DNA of 40,522 nt, from NCBI GenBank assembly GCA_049999805.1, contig JBNGIO010006231.1, positions 260,451 to 300,972 on the forward strand, in the 5' to 3' direction. Shown here piece after piece: positions 1 to 12,585 of this stretch. Each line of letters opens with the position of its first letter. Within the stretch, counting starts at the first letter, position 1. A program made the translations under genes and the position numbers. The notes beneath the pieces were generated by a model that made no database searches, was not told where the DNA came from, and was given only the letters and a program-made list of their open reading frames with translations. The DNA is from Folioceros fuciformis (lineage: Eukaryota).

Positions 1-2877
1 CGATCAATACCATCAAACCTCTGCGGAAACTGGACATAGCAGACTTTTGGCCCCACAGTGGGATCCATCATGAAGCACATGGCTTCTCTGATGGCCTTGC
101 TGTTATTGACGTAGTGATCACAATCGAGATTGAGAAGATACGGGGCATTCGTAAGGACGGCTGACACACGCACCTATAACGACAATCAAAGAGTTAGTAA
201 ATGCTGGACCATAGACGGATCGGATAACCAGAGTGAAAGCCCGAGAAACCGCAAACTACCATACCAAGGCATTCATGGCACCGGCTTTCTTATGATGGTT
301 GAACCCGGGACGTTTCTCTCGAGACACGTAGACGAGGCGGGGAAGCTCATTGCCCTCGGTGTCAAGGCCTCCACTGTTGCCAAGGAAGACCTAAGCAAGA
401 TTTCCAGGTTCCAACATGGTCAGGATCGTTACCACGGAGCACTCAAGCGGAACGGGAGGGCACCACCGACACCCCAGACAAACCTGAATCATTCCGGGAT
501 GATCTCGAGTGTTGTTTCCTGGCCAGGGAGTGCCGTCTTGCATAGTCCAGCCTTCATCTGGCACCTTCTGGGCTTTTGCAACCAGGGCATTCACTCTTAC
601 TTTGAACTCCTCATACTCCCTCTGCGACACTCAAAGATTGTTAAGAGTCCGACGGGACGCAGAGTTGCGGACAAGAAATGAAAAATTGAAGTGCGTACCT
701 TCATAGCACGCCTTTCCTTCACAAAGGTCGGTTGCACCTTGTCCTTGAGGTAGTCAATTTTCTTGGCGAAGTACACCTCAGGGGCTCGGGGCTCAATGTT
801 GAATTTCTTACAGAAGGGTACCCACTTCCTCGCAAACTCTGAGGTCTCCGACAAAGTCTCGAAGGTGAGCATAGCAGCACCATCATCAGATACGTAGCAC
901 GACACCTTGTCCACCGGGTAATCCACAGCCAAAATAGACAACACTGTGTTGGCTGTGACCAGAGGAGGCTCTTTCGTCGGATCCACAGTACTGACGTATA
1001 TATCAATTGGACTGAGCTGAGATGGCTCTCCTTCCCTCTCATACCTAAGGCAAAAGAAGAGGGGCTTGAGGGACAAACAAAATGGCAACGACAGCAAGGA
1101 AGGAAAGCAGATAGGATGAAGGGATCAGAAACGGTCAGAGAGAGTAACAGAACCTCAAGCACAGCCTGTCGAGGTAAGTTTCACGGTTGATGGGCAGCCA
1201 CTTGGGGAACTGATCCAGAATCCAGGACACTGCGAACCAGATCTCGCAGATAATTGACACCAACCACAATGCAAACGCATCGTTCACAGGGTTCTGGATT
1301 CGGTAACGGAAGAAAAAGCCCAGAATAACAAGCCGGAGGACAATAAGCATGCGGTAAGGATTGATCTTGCTGGACGCAATGGACACCTTCCTCGATAAAG
1401 GCTGCCTTGCCTCGTCCATACTGCACAGCAACCCCACGACAGGGCTCAATCAAGAGATGCCCACTGTTAAAGCACGTGACGCCGGGTTTGGAATATCCAG
1501 AAGGGAGAGACTCACATGGGCAAGTCAGGACCATTTGCACCACCATCGTCAGGATCAGCTCCCTTCGGAAGCTGCGTTCCTTCCGTCATCATCATCTGCA
1601 TTTTCTCCTGTTTCTGCTTCCAGCTCTCAACCCTGTCCTTCCAAGCGACGCTGCCGTAGCCGTAAGCAGCAAGATCCTTTGACGGGTCCATGGGCCTTGC
1701 TTGAGTCACTGACAGAGGATGCAGATCAGTTAGACACAACGATGAAGACAAGACTTTCGACACAACCCTAGGCAAGACCTTAGAAGCAGACGAGAATGCA
1801 CGAAGCAGATCCTACTTGGGAGGCTGGGATCGGGGAACGGCAGAGGGTGGACTCTCTTGCTCCCGCCTCCCATGATGGGAGGAACCACAATTGCCTGATG
1901 CTCCGGAGGAATGCCCTGAGGATCTCCAGTGATCTGGAACAGCGGAATCGGAGACATGAGATTCCACACATCCGGAGCTACAGCGCAGCATCAGGGGTCG
2001 GAGGAAGAGAACAAGAGAGACTCACCATCTGTCCGTTGGTGAGCAGTGGGAATTGAGGCTGCATGGGCTGCAACATGTGATGAGGCGACAAGTCATTCTC
2101 GTTGTAGCTGCCATGCAGCATGGTGCCATGAAGCATTGCCTCGGCCGTGAGCAGCTTGTCCTGCTTGTCAACGTCCGTGAAGTTGAACTCGTTCTCCAGG
2201 TCGTCAGTGTCCTCTTCATCGTCGTCGCCCTCCACCCGGGGACTCCCTGAAACCCAACCGAAGAGAGGAGCACAGAAGAGGGCGGTGAGCGAGCCGCGCG
2301 TCCTGATCTGGCGATGGCGTTCGCGGCAGATAGGGCAAGCAGGCGACGAAGGAAGGGAAGAGAAAGGGCATGCATGCAGAACCAACCTTTGTGGCGCTTG
2401 TACCGGGTCTTGCATTGAGGGCAGACGTGGTTCCCGTCCTTGCGCTCGTACTCGTAGCAGGGGCGGCAGACGGGGAATGCACATTCATTGCATGCGACGA
2501 AGAGCTCGCCCTCCAGCATGACACCGACATCGTCACCGCAGATTTGGCAGGTGTGTCCATTGACGTGGTTCAGTGGCTTGGGCTGCGGCAGGGCAAGAGC
2601 AAGCGGTTGAGAGGTCCCCCTACCGGGTTGCGGGCGGAGGGGGAAGAAGGCCGGGCAGAAATGTCGGCCAGGAAACAGCCGGGAACAGCAAAGGGCGAGA
2701 AGGCCAGAACAAGAGCAAAGCGCCGAATAGGGGTCGCAGAAGCGAGAGTACGGCAGAAGGAAATCACAGGCAAGAGCAGGAGGAGAAAAAAATCCTTACC
2801 CCTTCTCCATCGGGCCGGATGACGACGAGCTCATTCCGGTTGTGCGAGCCTGCAATCAGGCCTGCATTGGCCTCCAT
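1..2877 (-). CDS. CESA: Cellulose synthase catalytic subunit (GT2), 5' part; continues beyond the window start
   Basis: ATG at 2877 gives [26 protein letters not shown], then the zinc/RING domain [34 protein letters not shown], then [34 protein letters not shown] and [17 protein letters not shown] exons read by hand: 2877-2800, 2582-2387, 2246-2026, 1933-1816, 1708-1516, 1420-1154, 1044-699, 621-484, 390-265, 173-<1. Confidence 0.97.
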
Positions 2878-3635
2878 CCCCTACAACACGCAATCCCAGC
2901 GGAGTGGGACTAAGAGCGCGCCAGGCAGCCACCTCAATTGCGACGCCTCCAGCCGAGCTAAAGAAGCTGGTCAAACCAAGACACACCCGCGATCTCCCAT
3001 TGCCGAGGCACAAACCAAATACTGCAGGGGGGAACACCACAACACCACACACTACACACACCACACCACACGCCGGAACGGAGAAATGCAGACCAGGCCA
3101 AAGCAGGCCCCGGGAACCGAGGGACAAGAAATGCAGCAGCCGCTCTACCTCTCTATTTTCCACCCCCACAACTGCCAGGCAACTGTCCCGCCCAGAATGG
3201 GCGCAAATCCTAGCAAAGGCAGAAGCAGACTCGGCAGGGACAGCCCAGATCCGTGGCAATCATCCGCACAAGCACCCAAACCTCAGAAGTCACTCACTCA
3301 CCCCACAACAAACACATCAGCAGCAGCAGCAGCGGGAGGGAGGAAGAGGAAAGCAGTACAGCGCAGCCCAGGCAACCGCCCCTTCCTGCCGCCACAGCCA
3401 GGGCCGCCGTCGCCCGATCTGGCCTGCCTTGCGCAGGGTCAGGAGTAGGAGCGATGGCGGGGGCGGCAAAGAGGGGAGCGGAGCGCGCAGCAGGCGCACA
3501 CAGCCGAGCGAGCGGGGCAAGAGCGAGACACAAGAAGCCAAGCAGGCTAGGCCCCGGGGAAGGCACACTCTACTGCCTGCAGAAGCCTGGGAAGAAGGAA
3601 ACAAGAGGAGGTCAGGCTCGGGGGGAGGCCAGGTT

Positions 3636-3776
3636 CCGTCCCCGTCCCCGTCCCCGGCTCCGGCTCCGGCTCCGGCTCACCCTCTGCCTCTGCCTCTGTC
3701 CCTGCCTCCGCCTCTGCCTCTGGCCCTGGCCCAGGCCCAGGCCCAGGCCCAGTCTGGGTACAGAGAGAGAGAGAGA
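3636..3776. repeat. Compound hexamer microsatellite plus (GA)n upstream of CESA
   Basis: Successive units ccgtcc, ccggct, cctctg and ggccca, followed by gagagagagagaga. Confidence 0.85.
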
Positions 3777-4299
3777 AAGGAGTCTGGCCGCTACCAACAC
3801 CGACACCAGCACAAGATGCTACCGATACGGTAGAGAAATACAGCGGCTGCCCTGCACCAGCAGCAGGAGCAGCCTTGCTCTCCCATCCAGCACAGGAATC
3901 GAGCTAAGGCACTAGGGATTAAAAAATAATCATGCAAAACACCCACCAGACGCAGTGCACAGAAGGGGTGCCTGCACATGTATACATACCTCCAGCCACA
4001 CTCCAGCACCTTGCTCCGCCACCCACGTCGCCAAATGTTAACCCACCCGCTCTCAGACAAGTGACCATGCCGATGGCGGATAAAAGGTGGGCAGTAAAAG
4101 ATGGGCGGTGGGTCATGTGCAACAATGCACAATCTACCCTAATTTCTATCTATGTCCAAGTGCATGTCTCCACACCCATCTTGCATTATAAGTATCTTAG
4201 CAACTTTCTTACGGTAGTGTCATTTATCATCACCGACACCTCCAATGGGTGCTTCTAGAGGATGATGGTGGACTTCCAGACGACGAATATTGGATTGGA

Positions 4300-5070
4300 C
4301 ACCAAAATCTTGGGTCCGGACAACTGGTTATGACCGTTAACTCGAAGGTTAGATTCAGACAACTATTTATAACAGTTAAACCCAACAACGATTCACAACC
4401 GTTGGTTTATGTGACCGTTGTCCTGTGTTTGGTTAATGACAGTTGTGCGACTTAAAAAAAGACGGCGGGCCAGCTGGACCACACAGTGGCTGCCAGCTCA
4501 GCACATTGTTCCCGCCAGCTGGACGGCACTGTTCCCGCCTCTTTTCAAATCACCTCTCACGCCATTCCATTCCCGCCTTTCCGCAACATAAAATGCCAAT
4601 GGAAGATAACCATTATCGCAGAACTACTCTAAGCCTATTGGTTGCCACCACAAAGATTGATCTAATCATGGGTGCCACCTAACCTTCTTGAGGGATCTTA
4701 TAGCCACATGTGCGTGTAGTTTGGTTTCAGATGTGTTGTGACTTGACAAAAGGTTGGTCTGACTCAAGTTGTGATTTGATTTGTGCATTTGTGCAATGGG
4801 TGATTGGAAGAAGGCTAGTTCGTCCAATGGCAACAACAACAGCTATATCTTAAGATACGGACGCGCTGGATCCCGCAATTGTGTCTTAAAGATATGAGAT
4901 GTTGGATTGTGTCTCAATCGTGTAATGGTTAGATCGATTGTTGCATCTTAAAATATGGGTTGGTGGATTTGCAGTTGTCTCTCAATCGTGCAATGGTTGG
5001 ATCCCTTGTAAGGAGGCTTTGACAAGATGTGGTTGGATTGCTTGCAAGGAGGCTTTGACAAGATGGGTGA
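4300..5070. repeat. Degenerate short direct repeats, possible transposon remnant
   Basis: Repeated accgtt, gccagctggac x2, tgttcccgcc x2, tctcaatcgtg x2 and aaggaggctttgacaagatg x2. No coding motif or element termini identified. Confidence 0.35.
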
Positions 5071-5535
5071 TCATTGGTTGTGTTGTAGGCAAGCAAGTGA
5101 GTGAGTGACAAAGTGTATGACCCAAAGTATTGTAGGACAAGTTCAATTAGGTTTGGCAACTGATGAAGACAAAGATCAGTTAAGTGCAAGCCCTTATACC
5201 GCGAAACTAGGTTTGTTTTGGACTTGCATGATGAACTTGTTTCTTTGCTCCATAGCTGAGAGTAATCACGCAGAGCACTTGAAGTATGTAATTGTTAGTT
5301 AGATCATCAGTGTAGAGCAAGATCACAGCCCAGCAGAATAATTACGTGATGCGGAATTAAAAAAACGTTGTTAAGTAGGTCATTGGATAAGTGCGGGGCA
5401 TTAGGTAGCGTGACACCGACATGCACGACGACGCCCAGCCTGGGGGCCGCGAGACAGCTTAGAAGCTGGCTGGAAAGAGGTGCGACGTTGCTGGCAGCAC
5501 CGTGGGCCCCACTCATTATGTGGGTTTCGCCTGAA

Positions 5536-5660
5536 CCGGACCCGGACCCGGACCCGGACTCGGACCCGGACTCGGACCCGGTCCCAAACCCGGACTCGGA
5601 CCCGGCCCCAAACCCGGACTCGGACCCGGTCCCGCGCACGCACTCGGAACCGGACTCGCA
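5536..5660. repeat. GC-rich hexamer array (ccggac/tcggac) with a 24-bp higher-order unit
   Basis: ccggactcggacccggtcccaaac / ccggactcggacccggccccaaac / ccggactcggacccggtcccgcgc in tandem. Confidence 0.85.
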
Positions 5661-8600
5661 GCCCACTCTCTCCTTCTCGTTTTGCGCTCACGGTTCCCGC
5701 GTCTTGCTTTTGCCTCTTGGCCCTCTGGCCCTGTCCTCGTACAGCTGTGAAATTCTGGATTCACTATCCTCGCTTACGCCTCGTGTTAGGTGAGGACAGA
5801 CCAGGAGGACGCCATCTCCGCTGAGCACAACTTTTACTTGTAAGCCCGGAGCCTCGACTCGATTAGCTGACATACCATACCCTAAATGGCCATACGCTTT
5901 AGGGTGTTTCCTCTTTCATTGCTCCCGTTTCGTGCACCGCATGCTGGATGACTTGAATATCATTAGTACCTCCGGGATGCCATGTTGTACAACTGTCAAG
6001 TAGTGTAATCCAGGGTTATGCAAGGAGGAGCCTCGGTGAGGAATGATATGATTGCTCCTACACCGACAGGAAGGAAGGAAGCAAGGAAGGAAGGAAGGCA
6101 ATGGTGTAACTTGAAGCCAACATTGGCACTGGCCCTGGTATGCAAGGGTGTCGTCATTAATGTTTGCTGAAAATGCAGGAAAAGGGATGCCTGAAACGGA
6201 AAGGAGAAAGGGCACTGGAATGAATCGCTTAGGTGGAGTCCAGGGGCACACAGACTTGACAGCGTACGGGCGGCGAGGCGCCAGACAGACAGTTGGAAGG
6301 AAAGGTGTGTCGGTGGTGTAGACTGTAGTAGAGCAAGAGCAACTCCGGCAGGACCGCAACCTGCAATCCTAACACCACCAGTGCAGTATGTCGAGTATCG
6401 AAAGATAAGGGATGGATTTCATTGCCTCCGCGTTACCCTTCCTCACCCGGCCAGGCGTGGCTTCACGCGGTTCACCGTTTCCCGAATCGCGTCCCACGGG
6501 ACCTTGTGCCACTCTGCCACTGTCACTGCCACTCCGGCTCGGCGCCAAAGCCAGCCTCGCGCTTTCAGGTGACGCCTGTCCCGAGGAACCGCGCGGTCGC
6601 GGAAAGGTGCGCTCCATTTGCATCTCCATGTCACGCGTTATGGCAACGGCTCGTATGGCAATGGCCACGGTACATGCAGCTACCTCCTGCCTGGAGTGAT
6701 CAGTGATGTCATCTGCCAATGATGCACTAGGCTGGCTTGCCGTATGCCATCGCCTCTCCTCCCAGCTGCCCCTGTGCCTGGGCTGAGCTGTGCTGTGCGG
6801 AATAGTGGCTGTCTTGCGGATTAAGAAAACAGATCATCCACCAGCGGCATGTAAGTTGTCTTGCAGGAACGGCAAGTCCCGCAGAATGCGACGAATTTGT
6901 CAGCCCTAGCCTTAGGCCTAGCCCTAGTCAGGGTGAGGAATGTGTTTGGAGAGTGGGACGCACGGAGCAACAAGTACATACATTACATACTTGGTAGAAG
7001 CTCCACCAGTCTAGTCTATCCGCGAGGAGATGCGCGATGCGATGCCAGTGCGCAGGCTGCACACACACACATCGCTTTGCTCTCTTGTCAGAATCGTACC
7101 TTGAGCACGTGCCGGCGTGCTACAGCAGCTTGCGAGGGGTTTGTGTTGCGGACTTGCATGTGCAATATTGCACCTAGGTTGGTGAGACGGGGGCCTACAT
7201 ATCTGCCTTGCACATGAATGGATGCAAACGTTTGCGCTGCAAGAGCCATGCACAATGGCGTGGTTGATGACCCGCTTAAGATGTGATTAGGACTCGCAGC
7301 CTGCAAACTGGAATTGAAGTATTGCCAAAAGGATGCAAAGATGCTTCCGTCATGCAAGACATGCTTAGGATGCGGACAACGAGCTTGCATCAAGTCCAAC
7401 GTCGGCAAGCCAGATCACGGCCATGCTGCCGGCTGGGAAAGGCAGATCTCCGGGAGACCTTTGTGTCCATCCATGGGGGCCTCGCCTCCCAGGGATGACC
7501 CGGCCGTGCCCGGTGGCTTTAGCAGGTGCATCCTTCTCTGGCCCATGCCTGCCCCCTGTCTTTGGAGTCCATGCAAAAGATCAGATCACGCAGAATCCGA
7601 TGATCCTCACCTACTAAACTCTCCGTTGCTGTGTGCGCTCTCACAGTCGTGGTCTGCAATTAGGGTTTGCCCCGAGGCCCCGCCGAGGTCGGGGCCTCGG
7701 ACTCAGAAATTTCGGAGCAGGCTTCAACATTCAGTCGCCTTGACTTTCGGGACGGACTGACGGACCACATGAAATAATTGCTGATGAGAGAATGAGATGG
7801 CATCCTGTCGCAGGGAACTAGTTTACTGTATTTTATAACACAACTGCCAGTCGGGTCGGGCAGGCGGGTCTGCGGACGATGCTGTATACTATGTACTAGA
7901 CATAAAATCACTCCACAAAGAGACGGAGCCTGTGGGTGATCTTTTCCTGTGCTTTTATGCGCCGTAAACAAGTAATTTCCTTTGCCTCCGGATATCTCTC
8001 CCCTTGCTCGTCTCCTTGGACCTCTTCCTCCACCTGATCACGCGACTGATCAGGACCAGCATCAGTCGTTGCGTTGGATTTTTTTTCTTGTGGCCATCGA
8101 ATTGGCGGGTACTTACTTACCTTGGATCCTTGCCTTCGACTTCGCCTATGGCATTTACACTTTATGTCGGTGAGGCGAGTGGTCCTGCTGGCTCTCACTG
8201 TGACCTTTGGATGCCATTCGCATTTGTCGAGCCTGGAAGCGAATCGGACTAGATTCTTCTACTGCTGCATTGGTTATGGGCAGTCGTTGTGATGGAAGTG
8301 TGAGAGTTTTCCCTGCACTCGGTCTCAAACTGGGAAAAGTATGCACATCCACAGGTAGCGGATGAATATGATTGAGAGACCCGGCGTGTATCCTCTTTCT
8401 TCTGCTCTCTGCTCAGATGATTGCATATTAGTGACGATTTCGGGGATGATCCATGAACACCGGTTATTATGCTGAAGTTGCAAACAATAACACAGTGATC
8501 CGGCTCCACTCGCAGGCTACTTTCTTTCACGGGACAAGGACTTGGATTCGGGCAGTAGCACTAGCAATAGCACTAGCACGAGCAGTGGTGTGTGATTTTT

Positions 8601-11561
8601 CCATAGAATCGGTCATGGGCATGGCCCATGCGAGTGTGCACCCGATCTCTGACAAACAGGGCGCACTAGCATGCCGAAGGCTCGTGGCTTCGTCCCGACT
8701 CGCAGCGGGGCCCAGACCGGGATGCTGGTCGGCATGTTGACAGGACGATTTGGATGGGGACAGGTTGACAACATTGATTCATGCCGGTTGGATTTGAGGT
8801 TGCCTCCCACCGCGTCTGGTAATGCGTCTTTAGTCACTCGCTGGGCAAGACGTCGCTGAGTGGTTAGCCCATCTACCCGTGAGAGGGTGTGGGCAGCGGG
8901 CACTTCTCAAACAGTAGAAGGATGCGGACGCGGCCTTTGTGGGAATGGAGTGGTGCGTGATGTCGTCAGTGCGGCTGGGGGACAAGGCAGATTTCGTTTC
9001 TCTCCTCCCCACTTCAAGCCCACAAGACGGGAACGGGGCTGGCTGGCTGGGTTGTGGGTGTGATGGAGGATCTGCCGAGTCGGCCAGCCAGGAGTGGAGT
9101 TCCGGGTGGACTTTTGTGGCGGTGGGAGGATCCCGGGTCCCCTGCTTGGCCAAGAATTAAACAGTTGGAAACCACGGCGTACCAAAGTTCGGGAGAAAGC
9201 GATAGCTTGTAATGGGTTCGCTGAGCCTGGACTGGACACGGGACCAGCCGGGTCAGTTCCCCGATCGGCAGGCTGGCGTGCACTGCCCCGGCCCCGGTCC
9301 TGGCCCTGCCTGGCCAGCACTGATGATTCTTCTCTCCGCAATAAGCGTGGAGGGCCAGGGTGGATGCCAGCAGCTTGTCAGAACACCACTGACCTCTCTC
9401 TCTCTCATGCAATTGTTCCCCACCCTTTTACTGCCTCGTGAAGGCAGGTCAATCAATGTGGGTGGCTGAGCATGTGTGGTTTTGCTTCCGGAGAATATGC
9501 AATACATTATGCATCCACAGCTCTCAAGGCATGAGAGATGGGCGCAGCATGGACATAACTATGTTGCACAAGCTTGACGGGTGGTTATTAAACTGCAGTG
9601 CCTACACGGCTGGTGCGGGGCCCGGAGCGGCATGGGCGGCAGAAGCCGTCGCGCAGCAGGTGGGGTATGGGGCCCTGCCTTGTCGTCCCGGGTCAAGGTT
9701 CCTTTTCAGGATGCCGACCAAGTACCGGCTCGCTCTATTGGCCAGGCATGCCTTGGCATGCTGCCGACAAAGACTTATGTTAAACTTGCTAAAGAGGGTT
9801 TGTGTGCTTTCCATCAAAATCTCAGCATGGATGCCTAATCCTTGCACCCTTGCCCTGATAACCTCAGAATGGAAACTCGCTTGGGATCCACTTTCTAAAG
9901 AGGCAGAGATGGGGGTGGTCTACCCGGACGTCAACATTGTTGGTGGGTTTAGGAAGCACCTTGCTCCGGAATCAAACATACATGCATATCACTACGGGGA
10001 GTATGTACAGAGAGAGGTGCTACACACCAGTGCAGTTATCGGTGGCTCGAAGGATCTGCATGCATATATATATAGGATCGTATCAGGAAGTCCCAAAGAA
10101 AGGACTGGGAGAACCCGAAGAGCACGTCATCTGCAAAGCAAGCGTTCCCAATATGTGGCGATAAGCTGCGTGTCTAATTCAGTCTTAAAAAGCAGGGCAG
10201 GAAGGAGAAGCGTGGCTACGTGCCACGTTTACTAGAACACAAAGGGGTGTGGGAAATGGAGCCCACGCTCAAGCTGTTGCCGCTCTTGTCCCTACGCAGT
10301 CAACTCCTGGCAGGGAGCAGAGCAGGGCTGGTTGCACTGTTCGTTTTTTCTCCTACTCTTCAGCCACACCACACCAGGTGGAATGGAGATGGCCCAGATT
10401 GGGCTGGGAATGCCAAGGTTCTCCTCATATGGCGCCTTAACACAGGGGAGTGGTGTGAAAGGACATCCTGGCCTGGTCCGTGGGGATGTCGGACCTCGGC
10501 CTTAGTGTGAGGGCCTGGTGGCGCATGAAACTGCGGATGGCCATTGATGAACTGCAGTTCTTCCACTCCCATTCCTCCCTCCCGTACCGCAGTAGAGGGT
10601 CCAGGGGTTTACGCCCCCATCCACCCTTCCGACGGGGGAGATCCGGGTGTTAAGCATCATCAACCAGGGATATTTGGGCACCCGGATATTTGTGGACTCC
10701 TCACAAGCAAGGCTGCTTCCTCCAGGGAAAAGTAGAAGGTGAAAAGAGCGCTCGGCTTGCTCCCCTCCCAGCCCACTTGCGCTGGAGGAGAGCAGGTCCT
10801 GACCACGCGACCACTTGGATGGCTGGCGTTGAGCTATAGTAAAAGGATGCCTATTGCGACGTCTCTCTCTCAGAAGACAGCTCGGCCCCACTTCCACGAG
10901 ACTCGTTCCCTTCGCTGTACGTACAGGATGGGGGCCAAAGGGAAGACATAACAGGGAACAGTTGCAGGCCTTGGACAGAAAGAAAGCACAACTCCATGCA
11001 GCAGTTGCCATAGGTTCTGCACATAGGGTACGCAATACAAACATGTGCAACACAAATCTGCACATCCTCGTAGCACTCTGTCAGGAATTGCATATGTATG
11101 TGTATATGTATCTCCTGTGCTTTCTTCGATCCTAAAGGCAAGAACCGCACAAGCTGCTGCATTGTATCGCACCCTGTGCAGGCTCCTGCACCACCCTTTC
11201 CCCCTCCCAAAGTCCCTGAAGCCGGCCAGCATGATGGAAGAAGCAAGCTTGCGAGGAGCCCGGGCCCGCCAGCAAAAGCCTGTATCTTTTGTTGCAGGCA
11301 CACCCGACAAGTACACTTGAAAGAATCGGGAGAGGGTGAAAAGGAGCGTCATACAGTTGAGTGTGTGTCTATATATGTGTTTGTGGAGAGGGTAGCGAGC
11401 TTCGGCATAGCACGCGTCCACTGCCAGCCTTGAACGCCCTGCTTCTGGTCGAGGTCGTTTCCGTGGCAAACTCATGACCTAATCAGCATCAGCTGGCCGA
11501 TCGCCTTCGGCAGCTGGTATGATACGCTGTGGCCCAGCTGCAGAGAGCAGACTCTGGCGCC

Positions 11562-11610
11562 CCAGTCTAGTCTAGTCTAGTCCAGTCCAGTCCAGTCCAG
11601 TCCCGTCCAG
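11562..11610. repeat. Pentamer microsatellite (tctag/tccag)n
   Basis: tctag units grade into tccag units. Confidence 0.85.
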
Positions 11611-12585
11611 GCTGTAGCTGTGAGTGCAGTACAACCACCCACAGGCCCCTCCCCAATCATTGGACGCCAGTCACGCTAACCTAAGAGAGTGTGCTAACAA
11701 AGCGGGGATGGAAGCAGGGAGCGCCGAGGGAGCAGGGTCAGCATCCACGGTGGCGGGACTGGCACTGGGAGAGCAGCTAATTCTAGCCAGGAAGGTGCTC
11801 ACACACAACCTAATTCCGCCTTCCCCGTGCACGACTGGAAGAGGTGGAAGAAAGCCGGCGAGCGTGGACACCAGCATGAGAAGCTCGGTTTCCCTCAGTC
11901 CCACAGCCCCGCAGGGCATGGAATGCCTGGCATCAGTCAAGCAGGCACACATGATTTGCAAATCCCGCTACAGCATGCAACAGCACCCCATTTTGCTCTC
12001 CACTCCCCGATAGCGTAGCCTGCATGACTGCATTTGGAGGAGAACAAGAACAGCAGTCCCGAGCCTGCCGTGACCCAGACCGCCATCTAAACCGGGTTCA
12101 ACTTCCAGGAAGGCCCCACTCGACCCGACCTGGTGACCCGACCCGGTGACCCGGTGTTCATTCCCATATCCTATTCGCGCACGCTTGCCCCGGAACGCGT
12201 TGGGTTCAATCACGCGTGCCCAGGCGCCAGTAACCCGCCTGCTCCTGGCCCTCGGATGCTGCCATCCAACGGCCACCACCGGCTGTCCAGCCTGGCATGG
12301 CCCGGGTGAAGGTTTGTCGTCATGTTGTGATGCCCACGTCTCCGCCTTCCGAATCGAGTCGGAATTCCCCCGTCCCGTCGTCCCCTTTCCTCTTGTTACA
12401 CGGACAGTTAACGTTAACCAGACGCGTCACACTCGAGGGGGGCACAGATCCCGGAAGGCACCACCTTGGATGCTCTTTACCGTTGCAGGAACGGCGACTG
12501 CCCGATGAGAAGAGAAATTAACACAGCAACGGATGTATAGGGCGTAGGCCGCGTAGGGGATTGGATGGGACTATGGTATGCACAG

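Noticed and set aside
2573-3915. Long plus-strand ORFs (291, 309 and 220 aa)
   Set aside because: GC-rich, low-complexity and antisense to the CESA 5' region; hexamer repeats keep them open.
5307-5824. ORFs with PD/SG/RV dipeptide repeats
   Set aside because: Open in all six frames because of the hexamer array; no domain recognised.
8384-8404. miR529/156-like star or target sequence
   Set aside because: Several mismatches and no partner arm nearby; pyrimidine tracts give such matches by chance.
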